The notes under the pieces: model-generated | The model's database searches: none | Told to the model about the DNA's origin: nothing | The model's input: the letters and a program-made list of their open reading frames with translations, nothing else | Part shown: positions 32,957 to 42,858 of the stretch, one piece after another | Position numbering within the stretch: the stretch's first letter is position 1 | How the letters are laid out: every line of letters starts with the position of its first letter | Assembly: GCA_965216755.1 (NCBI GenBank) | Contig: CBDCGL010000011.1 | Span: forward strand, 2,240,001 to 2,304,000 | From: Alphaproteobacteria bacterium | GTDB taxonomy: Bacteria > Pseudomonadota > Alphaproteobacteria > UBA7887 | Reading direction: 5' to 3' | DNA: 64,000 nucleotides | Made by a program: the position numbers and the translations under genes

Positions 32957-33555
32957 AATGGCCCCAGCTCCCTCCCAGTTGCGGGCGCCACGCCTGCGTT
33001 TGGCCATAACACCAAACCACGTTCGGCGGCATCCCGTTGTCATCGGTCCGTAATTGATTCCGGGGCCGTGCTCGAGAGGCAAGCAAAAGCGACGCCGGTC
33101 AGCCTCAGAACCTACAATATTTTCGAATGGCGTCGCCGGAGAAGCGCGCTAGCGACGCGCGGCCGGCACGCACACGACGAAAGCCAGCAGCCAGAGACTG
33201 ACCACACGCGACGGGCGCCGGCGAGACGAGCCGGCGCGCATCGTTACTTGGAGCCACTGCACGACGAGAAATTGACAATAACGCACTATCCTGGTCAGGA
33301 TCTTAGTTCGTGGCCGTAAAAGCACAATATCGACGCCGTTCGACATTTTCGGACGCAGGGCGCGTTTCCGGCCCAGGGGCGCCCAGCATGGAGTCGTCCG
33401 ATCCGATTTGGCCGCATTACCCCGCCATTTCGTGGCCCTGGACGATCAGGGCTTGGTGCAGGGAACACATAGCCCTACTCTATTCCGTGCCATGAATGTG
33501 GCTCAGGAATGGGCCGGAACAACCGGCTATAACGTTGGGAGGAGGAGCAAAACGG

Positions 33556-34194
33556 ATGAGGAAGGCTGTAGATCCGACAACATGGTGGAAGCGCCGGCTC
33601 GGTGCGGCCATCGTCACGTTGTTGGCGGCACCGGCCTTGGCGCTGATGACGGCACCTGCTGCCGCCGAAGACGCCTCGGCCGAGGATATCAAGGAAGGGT
33701 TTCGGGTATCACAGACCTGTGCAGGCTGTCACGGCCCGGCAGGCGCGGCGCCCGGAAATACCATTCCCGTCATCGGCGGACAACACGCGAAATATATCGG
33801 CGATGCACTGCGCGACTACCGTGCCGACAAGCGCGACTATTACGTGATGAACTACATCGCGAAAGCGTTTTCCGACGACCAGATCAATCAGATTTCGGCG
33901 TGGTTTGCGGCTCAAGATTGGGTGGCAACGGAAACCGCGCACAATGAGGCCAGCGCGAGCATGGCGGCGCCACGCGCCGAGCGCTTGTGCGCCCTGTGTC
34001 ACGGCCCAACCGGCGAAGGCACTGACATCGGGCCACGCATCGCGGGTCAGCCGGCGGCCTATTTGGCCAGCGCGTTGCAAGCGTACAAGGCCGGCAAACG
34101 CACCAGCGACACGGCCCTTGCGATGACGTTGGTGCAAAAGATCGCCGACGGCGAGCTCGACGCTCTCGCCCACTATTATTCCAGCTTGCGCTAG
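33556..34194 (+). CDS. fccA: Diheme cytochrome c4-type subunit of flavocytochrome c sulfide dehydrogenase
   Basis: RBS GGAGGAG, signal peptide, CAGCHG and CALCHG, directly upstream of fccB. Confidence 0.82.
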   Translation: MRKAVDPTTWWKRRLGAAIVTLLAAPALALMTAPAAAEDASAEDIKEGFRVSQTCAGCHGPAGAAPGNTIPVIGGQHAKYIGDALRDYRADKRDYYVMNYIAKAFSDDQINQISAWFAAQDWVATETAHNEASASMAAPRAERLCALCHGPTGEGTDIGPRIAGQPAAYLASALQAYKAGKRTSDTALAMTLVQKIADGELDALAHYYSSLR

Positions 34195-34203
34195 GAGGCG
34201 ACG

Positions 34204-35499
34204 ATGAGATTTGATCGCAGAACACTGCTCAAATACGGCGCCGCCGGTGTCGGCGCACTGGCAACGTCGCAACTGCCGCTGCCAGCCCTGGCGGCGGGTG
34301 AAATTATGCCGAAATCGGGCCCACGGGTGGTTGTCGTGGGTGGCGGTTGGGGCGGCGCCACGGCCGCCAAATATTTGCGGCTGATGGCCCCGTCGATCGA
34401 AGTCGTCATGATTGAAAAGGAAGATGCATTTCGATCATGCCCGGTCAGCAATTGGGTGATCGGTGGTCTCAGGACCATGGACGACATCACGGTCGCCTAC
34501 GACACCTTGGCCAACGTCCACGGTGTCAAGGTCGTCCAGGACACGGTGACCGGCATCGATCCCGCCGCCCAAACCGTCACCGTCAGTGAAGGCTCCATCG
34601 CCTATGATCGCCTGATCCTTTCGCCGGGTATCACGCTGATTTACGACGGTATCGAAGGCTTGACCGCGGAAACCGCGCGTGACGTGTTCCCCGCCGCCTG
34701 GAAAGCGGGCCCGGAGACCCAGCGCCTGCGCAATCAGTTGGCCGCCATGGAAGATGGCGGCACCGTGGTCATGACCGTACCGCTGAGCCCCTATCGCTGC
34801 CCACCGGGGCCCTATGAACGCGCGTGCATGATCGCCAATTACCTGAAAACACACAAAAGATCGTCCAAGCTGATCGTTCTCGACGCAAATCAGAAAATCG
34901 TCTCAAAAGGCAAGCTTTTCCAAGCGGCCTGGGACGATTTCTACAGCGACACCATCGAATATTGGCCAGACAGCAAGGTGGTAAAAGCCGACCCGTCGAC
35001 CATGACCGTGTCGACCGATTTCGACGACATTAAGGGCGACGTCATCAATATTGTGCCCGAGCAACGGGCCAATGATTTGGTTGACGCCGCCGCGCTACGC
35101 GCCCAGGGCCGGCGCTGGGTTGCGGTTAATCCATGGGACTATCAATCGACCGAGCAACCCAACATTCACGTGATCGGCGACGCCACCGATCAAACAACTG
35201 TCGGCAAAGTGCCGAAATCCGGCTTCATTGCCAATTCAATGGGCAAAGTCGCCGCGGCCGCCGTGGCCGCGCGCATCGAGGGCCGCGAACCGAGCCGGCC
35301 GAGCATGGCCAACACCTGCTACAGCCTGGTGAGTGCCGATGAGGGCATTTCCGTCACTGCCGTCTATGACTGGAACGAAGAGGAATCGAAAATGGCGGCC
35401 ATCGAAGGTGCCAAGGGCTTGTCACCGGAGCGTTCGGCCGAGGTCGCCGCCAACGCCGAAGACTGGGCCCAAGCGATTTGGGCTGACATGCTCGGTTAA
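34204..35499 (+). CDS. fccB: Flavocytochrome c sulfide dehydrogenase flavoprotein (FccB/SoxF)
   Basis: Tat signal RRTLLK, VVVGGGWGG, SCPVSN, YRCPPGPYER, PKSGFIANS, NTCYS. Confidence 0.93.
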   Translation: MRFDRRTLLKYGAAGVGALATSQLPLPALAAGEIMPKSGPRVVVVGGGWGGATAAKYLRLMAPSIEVVMIEKEDAFRSCPVSNWVIGGLRTMDDITVAYDTLANVHGVKVVQDTVTGIDPAAQTVTVSEGSIAYDRLILSPGITLIYDGIEGLTAETARDVFPAAWKAGPETQRLRNQLAAMEDGGTVVMTVPLSPYRCPPGPYERACMIANYLKTHKRSSKLIVLDANQKIVSKGKLFQAAWDDFYSDTIEYWPDSKVVKADPSTMTVSTDFDDIKGDVINIVPEQRANDLVDAAALRAQGRRWVAVNPWDYQSTEQPNIHVIGDATDQTTVGKVPKSGFIANSMGKVAAAAVAARIEGREPSRPSMANTCYSLVSADEGISVTAVYDWNEEESKMAAIEGAKGLSPERSAEVAANAEDWAQAIWADMLG

Positions 35500-35532
35500 G
35501 GCGTTGCTCGTGGCATCACTTGGCCCGTCGCG

Positions 35533-36645
35533 CTATGGGGCGGGGCGGCAGTAACGCCGCCCCTTCCAGTTTGATCGTACGCCGCGCCAATAGCGCCACG
35601 CCGAGGTCCAGGTCATGGCCAGATAGAGTGTTCCGATAAGCGGCAACGTCGCCGCCCAAAACGGCGATTGCCGGTAGTAACGGAGGGTCGGCAGATAACT
35701 GATGGCCATCGCCGCGCATGCCAGAACAGCCAGCTCGGCCGGCCCGGTCAACAGTGCCGCAACCGGGATGACGAAGGCGATCGCCATCAGCACGGTGCAA
35801 AGCATCAACAGCCCTAGCGAGTAGCCAAGTTGAGTGAACGCCGTGCGCGCCACCATGTTCCAGATCGCGGCCAACTCCCGATAGCCACGATGACTGCGCG
35901 CGGCATGGCTCAGCCCGATCCAGGTACGCCCGCCGCGCGCCTTGACTTTGCGCGCCAGCGCACAATCGTCGATCAGGGCGTCGCGCAAAGACGTGAACGC
36001 GTCGACTGACCGCAACATATCGGTGCGCACCAAAATGCAGCCGCCGGCCGCGGCCGCAGGCCAGCGCAGCCGACTGTTGGCCAAGGCAAAGGGATAGAGC
36101 AATCTGAAAAAATAAACGAACGCCGGCATTAACAAACGTTCCCAGAATGTGACCATGCGCAGCGCTGCCATCAGCGACACAAGGTCCCATTCGCCGTCGA
36201 CAAGTTTGCGGCGAAGGGCGACAAGGGTCCCCCGTGTGAGTGCGATATCAGCATCGAGCAACAGCACCAACGGCGTGTGAACGTCCGCCAACCCCTGTTG
36301 CAAGGCCCACAGTTTGCCACTCCACTCGTCGGGCGGCGCCACACCGGCACGAATTGAGACCCCGGGCAATTCGAGGCCGCGCACCATATCCGCCGTGCCA
36401 TCGTCTGACTGGTCGTCGATGACCACAATGCGCAGGCCGTCGCCTTGATTGGCAAGCGCGCGAAGCGTCGTATCGATGGTATCGGCTTCGTTGCGCGCCG
36501 GAATCAATACCGTGACATCGTCTAGAGCCGCCTTTGCGGTATCGGCCGCCGCAACGTCGAAACGCTCGCGGGTTCGCCATGGTTGCCACGGCAACAACAA
36601 TATAATCAGCCACAATGCCGCACTAAGCCAAGCCAACGGAGTCAC
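35533..36645 (-). CDS. hpnB: Hopanoid-associated GT2 glycosyltransferase (HpnB-like)
   Basis: IPARNEA, DDQSDDGT, WSGKLWA, LDADI, ERLLMPAFVYFFRLLYP, AAAGGC, LIDDC, MVARTAFTQL. Confidence 0.8.
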   Translation of the reverse strand: MTPLAWLSAALWLIILLLPWQPWRTRERFDVAAADTAKAALDDVTVLIPARNEADTIDTTLRALANQGDGLRIVVIDDQSDDGTADMVRGLELPGVSIRAGVAPPDEWSGKLWALQQGLADVHTPLVLLLDADIALTRGTLVALRRKLVDGEWDLVSLMAALRMVTFWERLLMPAFVYFFRLLYPFALANSRLRWPAAAAGGCILVRTDMLRSVDAFTSLRDALIDDCALARKVKARGGRTWIGLSHAARSHRGYRELAAIWNMVARTAFTQLGYSLGLLMLCTVLMAIAFVIPVAALLTGPAELAVLACAAMAISYLPTLRYYRQSPFWAATLPLIGTLYLAMTWTSAWRYWRGVRSNWKGRRYCRPAP

Positions 36646-36687
36646 GACCTGATCGCGGCCCCGCGGCGACCACCATCGATGCGCCGA

Positions 36688-37653
36688 TCATCTTGGCGGC
36701 GCCAGCTCATAAAGCGGCGGGTCTCCGTTCGCCACCCGCTCGACATTCTCCAACGAGATGCGGAAATTCCGTGTCTTCGACTGGCGCGTCTGCCCACCAA
36801 TATGCGGCGTCAGAATAACCCGCCCGCGCGCGGCGTCCGATAGTGACAAGAACGGATGATACGCGCTCAAGGGCTCGTCGGCGAACACGTCGAAGCCGGC
36901 ACCCGCCAGCTGTCCGGCCGAAAGCGCATCGGCGACCGCCTGCTCATCGACAATGCCGCCGCGCCCTGCGTTAATAAGTATGGCATCCTTTTTCATCAAG
37001 CCAATGTGGCGCGCGTCGATCAGACCTTTGGTCTTCGCTGTCAAAGGCAGGCAGACCGCAACGATGTCCGATGTCTCGCACAATCGATCCAGATCCATGG
37101 CGGCGACGACGTCGTCTTGCTGATCGCGATGAGCGGCGCGGACAACCTCTAAGCCCAAGCCACGAAACAGCCTTGCCGTGTCGCGTCCGATATTGCCGAA
37201 CCCGACCACGCCGACCTGCCCCTCAAGTTCCTGGCCGGCGACGTTGGCCCGACGACCAGCCGCCCAAGCCGCCGCACCGCCGGTGCTCAGCACGGGCAGC
37301 GGTCGGCGCAACCGGAATGCCAGCTGCACGATCAATTGGGCCACCGACGGCGCGTTCAGTCCGGGAAGATAGGCCACCGGAATGCCGCGCGCGGCACATG
37401 CCGCCCGGTCGACATTGTCGAAGCCGGCGCCGGTGAGCTGGACCAAGCGCGTTGTTGGCGCCAAATCCAGCAGCGCCGTATCGACACGTCCGAAGCCGGA
37501 CGCCGTGATAATGAACGCGGCGCCCGCGCATGCGGCCTCGGCCTCAGCCCGCACGGCGGCTTGCCCAAAATACAGCTCATAGCCCGGCGGCGGCGCCAGG
37601 CCGGTGGCACGGAAGTCGGCCTCAGGCCACAAGAACGCAACTTTGCGAGTCAT
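36688..37653 (-). CDS. D-isomer-specific 2-hydroxyacid dehydrogenase family protein
   Basis: GAGFDNVD, GVVGFGNIG, INAGRG, DVFADEP, TPHIGG. Confidence 0.9.
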   Translation of the reverse strand: MTRKVAFLWPEADFRATGLAPPPGYELYFGQAAVRAEAEAACAGAAFIITASGFGRVDTALLDLAPTTRLVQLTGAGFDNVDRAACAARGIPVAYLPGLNAPSVAQLIVQLAFRLRRPLPVLSTGGAAAWAAGRRANVAGQELEGQVGVVGFGNIGRDTARLFRGLGLEVVRAAHRDQQDDVVAAMDLDRLCETSDIVAVCLPLTAKTKGLIDARHIGLMKKDAILINAGRGGIVDEQAVADALSAGQLAGAGFDVFADEPLSAYHPFLSLSDAARGRVILTPHIGGQTRQSKTRNFRISLENVERVANGDPPLYELAPPR

Positions 37654-37771
37654 CGGCGAAAAATATCGCAGGCTGTCATGCATAGCTAGCACACGCGCCG
37701 CGTGGACTCCGGCCCGCTCGGCAGCGTAAAGTGCGCCGCGATTCGAAACAGCGCAGAACCGCGGCGGAACG

Positions 37772-38218
37772 ATGACCCATATCCTGTTGATCCAAGGCGC
37801 CAATATGACTTGGCTTGGCCGGCGCGAGCCGGAACATTACGGCACCACCACCGCCGCCGAACTTGATGAAATGGTCCGCGACCATGCGCAGCGTCACAGC
37901 TACCAGCTCGATATCTTCTACACACATGTCGAAGGCGAAGCGATCGCGACCATATACGATGCCGTCGACAAAGGGATCGACGGGTTGGTGATGAACCCGG
38001 CTGGGTTCTCGATGAACGGCAAGGCCTTGCATGATTGTATTCTCGGTTGCGCGCCGTTGCCTTATGTCGAGGTGCACATGAGCAATCTTGCCAAGCGCGG
38101 CAAAGAGTCGGTGCTGGCCGATGTCGCGCGTGGCGTGGTCATGGGGTTTGGCACGGATTCCTATTTGCTGGCGCTCGATGCCATGCTTGAAATCCTGAAA
38201 CGGCAAGGCGAGCCATGA
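37772..38218 (+). CDS. aroQ: Type II 3-dehydroquinate dehydratase (divergent)
   Basis: GANMTWLGRREPEHYG, EGE, NPAGF, EVHMSN, GFG..SY. Confidence 0.8.
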   Translation: MTHILLIQGANMTWLGRREPEHYGTTTAAELDEMVRDHAQRHSYQLDIFYTHVEGEAIATIYDAVDKGIDGLVMNPAGFSMNGKALHDCILGCAPLPYVEVHMSNLAKRGKESVLADVARGVVMGFGTDSYLLALDAMLEILKRQGEP

Positions 38219-39309
38219 CAACACTTAAGGTCCAGCCGGGCATCCTTGACATTGCACCCTACATCCCGGGACGTGCCGAAGCCGACGGTGGCAAGCGGCT
38301 GATCAAATTGTCGTCGAATGAAACGCCCCTCGGCTGCAGCCGCGCCGCGATCGAGGCCTATAAAGGCCTGGCCGACCATCTACACCTTTATCCGGATGGC
38401 AGCGCGAACGCTTTGCGCCATGCAATTGGTCACCGCAACGGTTTGGACCCCGATCGGATCTTGTGCGGCAACGGCTCTGACGAACTGTTGATGCTCATGG
38501 CCCATGCCTTCGCCGGCCCCGGCGATGACGTGCTGATGACCGAACACGCCTTCGCCATGTACGTCATTTCCGCGAAAGCGGTCGGCGCGACCCCGATCGT
38601 GACGAAAGAAACAAGACTGACCGCCAATGTCGATGCATTGTTGGCAGCCGCCGGGCCAAACACGCGGATCTGCTATATCGCCAATCCCAACAACCCGACC
38701 GGGTCCTACATTGCCGACGACGAGATGGCGCGCCTGCGCGCCGGTTTGCCCGATCACACGCTATTGGTCATCGATTCGGCTTATGCCGAATACATCACGC
38801 GCAACGACTGTGCCGACGGCCGTGCGCTCGTCGACAGCCACGACAATGTGGTCATGACCCGCACATTTTCGAAGATTTACGGATTATCCGCACTACGTGT
38901 CGGTTGGATGTATGCGCCGGCGCCGATCATCGATGTGCTGCAACGCATTCGCGGCCCGTTCAACGTTAATGCCGCGGCGCAAGTCGCGGCGGTCGCCGCC
39001 CTCGACGATGTCGCGTTCGTCGATCGCGCGCGCGCCCACAACGCCGAATGGCTGCCCTGGCTGGAACGAGAAATCGCGCGGCTCGGCCTGACAGTGCACC
39101 CGAGCGCGGCCAATTTCGTGCTGGTCGAGTTTCCGCGCACCGACTCCTCGTCGGCAGCGACGGCCTATGATCAATTGCTGCGGCGGGGCATCATTCCGCG
39201 CCGTCTCGATAATTACGGCCTGCCGGACTGTCTCCGTTTCTCGATTGGTTTGGCCGATGAAAATCGATTCGTCGTCGATGCGCTAAAAGAAATCGTCGAA
39301 AATCGATAG
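38215..39309 (+). CDS. hisC: Histidinol-phosphate aminotransferase
   Basis: KLSSNETPLG, YPD, GNGSDE, NPNNPTG, DSAYAEY, RTFSKIYGLSALRVG. Confidence 0.93.
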   Translation: MTTLKVQPGILDIAPYIPGRAEADGGKRLIKLSSNETPLGCSRAAIEAYKGLADHLHLYPDGSANALRHAIGHRNGLDPDRILCGNGSDELLMLMAHAFAGPGDDVLMTEHAFAMYVISAKAVGATPIVTKETRLTANVDALLAAAGPNTRICYIANPNNPTGSYIADDEMARLRAGLPDHTLLVIDSAYAEYITRNDCADGRALVDSHDNVVMTRTFSKIYGLSALRVGWMYAPAPIIDVLQRIRGPFNVNAAAQVAAVAALDDVAFVDRARAHNAEWLPWLEREIARLGLTVHPSAANFVLVEFPRTDSSSAATAYDQLLRRGIIPRRLDNYGLPDCLRFSIGLADENRFVVDALKEIVENR

Positions 39310-39315
39310 CGTAGC

Positions 39316-40812
39316 CTAAGTCACCGCTCGGCCGACGGTCCGGCAATCCGATGGCAAGTTTGCAAGCGCGTCGAAATCCGGTGTCGGACGGGCCAGGACC
39401 GGATCGTCGGCGAAAATCTGCTCGATGGCCTGCGCCCCGGAAAGAAGCGCATGATCCCCGAACATGCGGCCGACAATTTGGATGCCAAACGGCGTCCCGT
39501 TTTCGTCGCGGCCGCACGGCAGCGTAACAACCGGGTGGCCAACCACCGTCAGCGATGACGTCAACGCCAGCCACGCCATGTAGTTTTCGACCGGCTGTCC
39601 ATCTATGGATGGCGGGTTGCGGTGCCGCCATGGGAATGGCGGAATGCTGACGCCCGGACAGATCAACAGGTCGTAATCGTCGAATATACCGGCAAACGCT
39701 TGGAAAAGATCCATCTGCCGCCGCCGCGCGACCGCGATGTCTCTCATTGGGGTCGCGAGCGCCGACTTATAAGTGGCGCGGATATTCGGATTGAAGTCCG
39801 CGTCCCAACTTTCGGCGTCACGGTAATATTGGCTGACAAAGACGTCCTGGCGCAAAAGCCAATCCACTTCCGGCGCGTCGCGCAGGTCGATGGGATGCCA
39901 ATCACACGCCGCGAAAAGGCCGCTCATTCGGGCCACACGATCCGCGAAACAGCGGCGAATTGATTGCGATACCAACACGCCACCAAGGTCGGCGCTAACC
40001 GCCACCCGCAGGCGGCTTAAATCAACCGGTTGCAGCCGCGCGAACGCCGCCACATCAAGCGGAAAGGCCATCGGATCGCGGTGGCCGCCGTCGCCACGGC
40101 TAGCGATGACCGACAGCAACAACCCCGCATCCGCGACCGTGCGCGCCATGGGGCCTTGGACACTGTAAAAGGTTTGCGGCGTCGTGCGGTGTTCGTTCGG
40201 CACCACGCCGGGTGTTGCGCGGTAGCCAACCACGCCGCTGTAGCACGCTGGAATGCGCAGACTGCCGCCGTGATCGGACCCGGTCGCCAAAGGCGCCATG
40301 TGGGTCGCCAAGGCCACCGCCGAGCCGCCCGATGAACCACCACATGTCAGCGCAACATCGAACGGGTTGCCGGTGGCACCGAACAACCGATTGACGGTGT
40401 TGGCGCCGATGCTGTGCTCCGGTACGTTGGTTTTGCCGATAACAATCGCGCCCGCGCGGCGGATCCGGGCGACGATGCCGGCATCCCGGCTCGGCACGTT
40501 TTGCGCGAATTCGGTGGCGCCGAAGGTTGTCCTAAGGCCGGCGGTTTCGTGAATATCCTTGATCGCAACCGGTATGCCGTGCAGTGGCCCGAGGTCTGCG
40601 CCACACGCGACGTCGGCTTCGGCCGCCGCGGCCTGGTCCAGCGCCTGCCGATCGTCTCTCACAACCATGGCATTGACCGCCGGATCGACGCGATCGATTT
40701 GGGCGAGACAGGCGTTCACCAATGCCACCGGCGAAATAGCGCCGCTCCGGATCAGGCGCGCCGCCTCTATGGCGCTGAGGCCAGCAAGGTCCAAAACTTC
40801 ATCTCGCGCCAA
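39316..40812 (-). CDS. Amidase signature family enzyme
   Basis: PVAIKD, GKTNVPE, GGSSGGS, GSDHGGSLRIPA. Confidence 0.92.
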   Translation of the reverse strand: MARDEVLDLAGLSAIEAARLIRSGAISPVALVNACLAQIDRVDPAVNAMVVRDDRQALDQAAAAEADVACGADLGPLHGIPVAIKDIHETAGLRTTFGATEFAQNVPSRDAGIVARIRRAGAIVIGKTNVPEHSIGANTVNRLFGATGNPFDVALTCGGSSGGSAVALATHMAPLATGSDHGGSLRIPACYSGVVGYRATPGVVPNEHRTTPQTFYSVQGPMARTVADAGLLLSVIASRGDGGHRDPMAFPLDVAAFARLQPVDLSRLRVAVSADLGGVLVSQSIRRCFADRVARMSGLFAACDWHPIDLRDAPEVDWLLRQDVFVSQYYRDAESWDADFNPNIRATYKSALATPMRDIAVARRRQMDLFQAFAGIFDDYDLLICPGVSIPPFPWRHRNPPSIDGQPVENYMAWLALTSSLTVVGHPVVTLPCGRDENGTPFGIQIVGRMFGDHALLSGAQAIEQIFADDPVLARPTPDFDALANLPSDCRTVGRAVT

Positions 40813-40818
40813 TTGTGT

Positions 40819-42216
40819 TCACAGTCTGATTCTCGACCAGTAACCGGCTTGCCACAGAGCACTCAAAATGCAAGCGACAGCAATTCTGTACACAACATAA
40901 CAAATCCACATGCCAAGCAGGCCGTAACCCAGCGTCGGGCCGACCAGCCAGGCTGTCGGCAAAAACACAATCCATTGCATGATCACCGTCACGATCATGG
41001 TCTGTCGGGTTGCACCGGCGCCGTTCAGACTGTTCATCATTACGCCCGCGACCAAATCGACGAGGGTCACGCAACCGATCATGCGGAGCGGCCAGCGGGC
41101 GATGGCGATCGTTTCTTGGTCGGTGACAAAAACGCCCACCACGAGGTCGGGTACGAGGACTAGCGGCAATCCGATCGCCAACATGAGCGCCATCCCGACC
41201 CAAATCGTGTCCCACGGCCAGCGTCGCGCATCGGCGATGTCGCCGCGACCGAGGGCCTGTCCAACGAGGGTCGCGGACGCCAAACCAAGCCCCAGACTGG
41301 GCAACACCGCGACCAGCATAATGTTGGTCATGACATTGGAGGCGGCCAAGGCGCGCACGCCAATCAAACCAATGATCCAAAACATCGCGGTTAGACCGGC
41401 GGCAAAAAGGAACTGCTGGAGCGCCGACGGCAAGGCAAAACGGATCAACCGACGCATCGTGTCGCGGTCCGGCCAGCCGACCAAAAAGCCATTCGGTCGG
41501 CCATGCCCTACCCCAAGATAAGTGTACATTGCCGTTCCGACGAACGTCGCGATGGCAGTGCCGATGCCGGCGCCCAATGCACCCATGGCGGGCGCGCCCC
41601 AGTTGCCGAAAATCAACATGTAATTCAGTGCGATGTTCACGGCGTGCATGATCAACTGGGTGCGCAGATAGTAGCCAGGACGGTCGGTCGCATTCCAAAA
41701 GCCGCGATAGGCGAAATTCATCCCGACCGCGGCGATCGCGACCACGCGCGCCTGCAAATAGGGACCGGCTTCGGCAACCACACCGGGATCGTCGTTCAAC
41801 CAACCAATCAATGTGGGCGCGAGCAAAAACAATATGGTGCTAAGCGGCAGCGCCGCCGCTAGGGCGAGGACCAGACCGCCATTGAGCGGCACGGCGGTGA
41901 TATCGTCACGCCCTTCGCCTTTGCGCCGGGCGACCATCGCCTGAACGGCAACGGCCAACCCCGTCACAAAGGCGAATGCCATGAAATTAACGTAGCTGCC
42001 CAACCCGACGCCGGCCAATGCGGTCGGTCCCAACCGACCGACCATCGCCGTGTCCACCAGGTTAAAGATGTTCTGCGACACCATGGCGCCAACGACCGGT
42101 ATGGCCAGAAAAAGTATGCGCCGCGCCCTTGTTCGGTTCGGCCAGCGCCATCCACGGCCAGCGCCGCCTGCCGGCACAATCGGGGCTGGGTTATCGCGCG
42201 GTGTCAAAGGTCTCAA
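40819..42216 (-). CDS. MATE family efflux transporter
   Basis: LVDTAMVGRLG, NIALNYMLIFG..GAPAMGALGAGIGT, multiple TM segments; start uncertain. Confidence 0.9.
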   Translation of the reverse strand: MRPLTPRDNPAPIVPAGGAGRGWRWPNRTRARRILFLAIPVVGAMVSQNIFNLVDTAMVGRLGPTALAGVGLGSYVNFMAFAFVTGLAVAVQAMVARRKGEGRDDITAVPLNGGLVLALAAALPLSTILFLLAPTLIGWLNDDPGVVAEAGPYLQARVVAIAAVGMNFAYRGFWNATDRPGYYLRTQLIMHAVNIALNYMLIFGNWGAPAMGALGAGIGTAIATFVGTAMYTYLGVGHGRPNGFLVGWPDRDTMRRLIRFALPSALQQFLFAAGLTAMFWIIGLIGVRALAASNVMTNIMLVAVLPSLGLGLASATLVGQALGRGDIADARRWPWDTIWVGMALMLAIGLPLVLVPDLVVGVFVTDQETIAIARWPLRMIGCVTLVDLVAGVMMNSLNGAGATRQTMIVTVIMQWIVFLPTAWLVGPTLGYGLLGMWICYVVYRIAVACILSALWQAGYWSRIRL

Positions 42217-42706
42217 GGTGACTGGTCAGCTTGGTCAGGAGGCGATCGAGCTGGCCACGTTCTGCCTCTGAAAGCACGGCCAAGACGTGCGCCTCATAAT
42301 TGCGCGCCAAAGGCGCAATGCGCCGATAGACGGCACGCCCGGAAGCGCTTAGCCGCAAAAGATTTCGGCGACGGTCCCGCACATCCGCCTTGCGCTCGAT
42401 GTGCCGCGCCTGCTCGAGGCGTCGTACGGCGCGGCTGACAGTGACTTTGTCCATCAATGTGCGCGCACACAACGTATTGGCCGTCACGTCGCGCGACTGA
42501 GCCAAGACGGCAATAATCCGCCATTCCGGGATCGATAAATCAAACTTGGTCGCGTACTCGTGGGCGAGGGCTTTCGATGCCAAGGTCGCCAAAATCGATA
42601 AGCGATACGGAAAAAAGCGGTCCAAAATCAACGGGTCGCCGTCCACGGCCGCACAATCGCGGGTGTGGGTCGAAGGCGAATAGTGAGTGTGCTTCTTGAG
42701 CGACAT
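42191..42706 (-). CDS. MarR regulator divergent from hmgA
   Basis: FFPYRLS, IPEWRII, MDKVTVSRAV, DRR. Confidence 0.9.
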   Translation of the reverse strand: MSLKKHTHYSPSTHTRDCAAVDGDPLILDRFFPYRLSILATLASKALAHEYATKFDLSIPEWRIIAVLAQSRDVTANTLCARTLMDKVTVSRAVRRLEQARHIERKADVRDRRRNLLRLSASGRAVYRRIAPLARNYEAHVLAVLSEAERGQLDRLLTKLTSHLETFDTAR

Positions 42707-42729
42707 GACCAAGGGTCGTATGGTGGAAA

Positions 42730-42749
42730 TTAGTTACAAATTAAACTAA
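42730..42749. promoter_or_regulatory. Candidate MarR operator
   Basis: TTAGTT-ACAAATTA-AACTAA palindrome in the marR/hmgA divergent intergenic region. Confidence 0.55.
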
Positions 42750-42858
42750 CCGGCCGGCCTATTGAGGCACCGACCACACTGGCGTCGTCGGCCTCTGTAA
42801 CACGCCTGCGCGGCAGGGTAATCTGATTGAAGCTGGCACACAAAGCGGACGCACACGT

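Noticed and set aside
32957-33555. Short ORFs or riboswitch in the EF-G2/fccA intergenic region
   Set aside because: No recognisable RNA family consensus or convincing coding pattern by eye; a covariance-model scan would be needed
40799-41803. 334-aa alternative-frame ORF within MATE
   Set aside because: Arg-rich off-frame shadow
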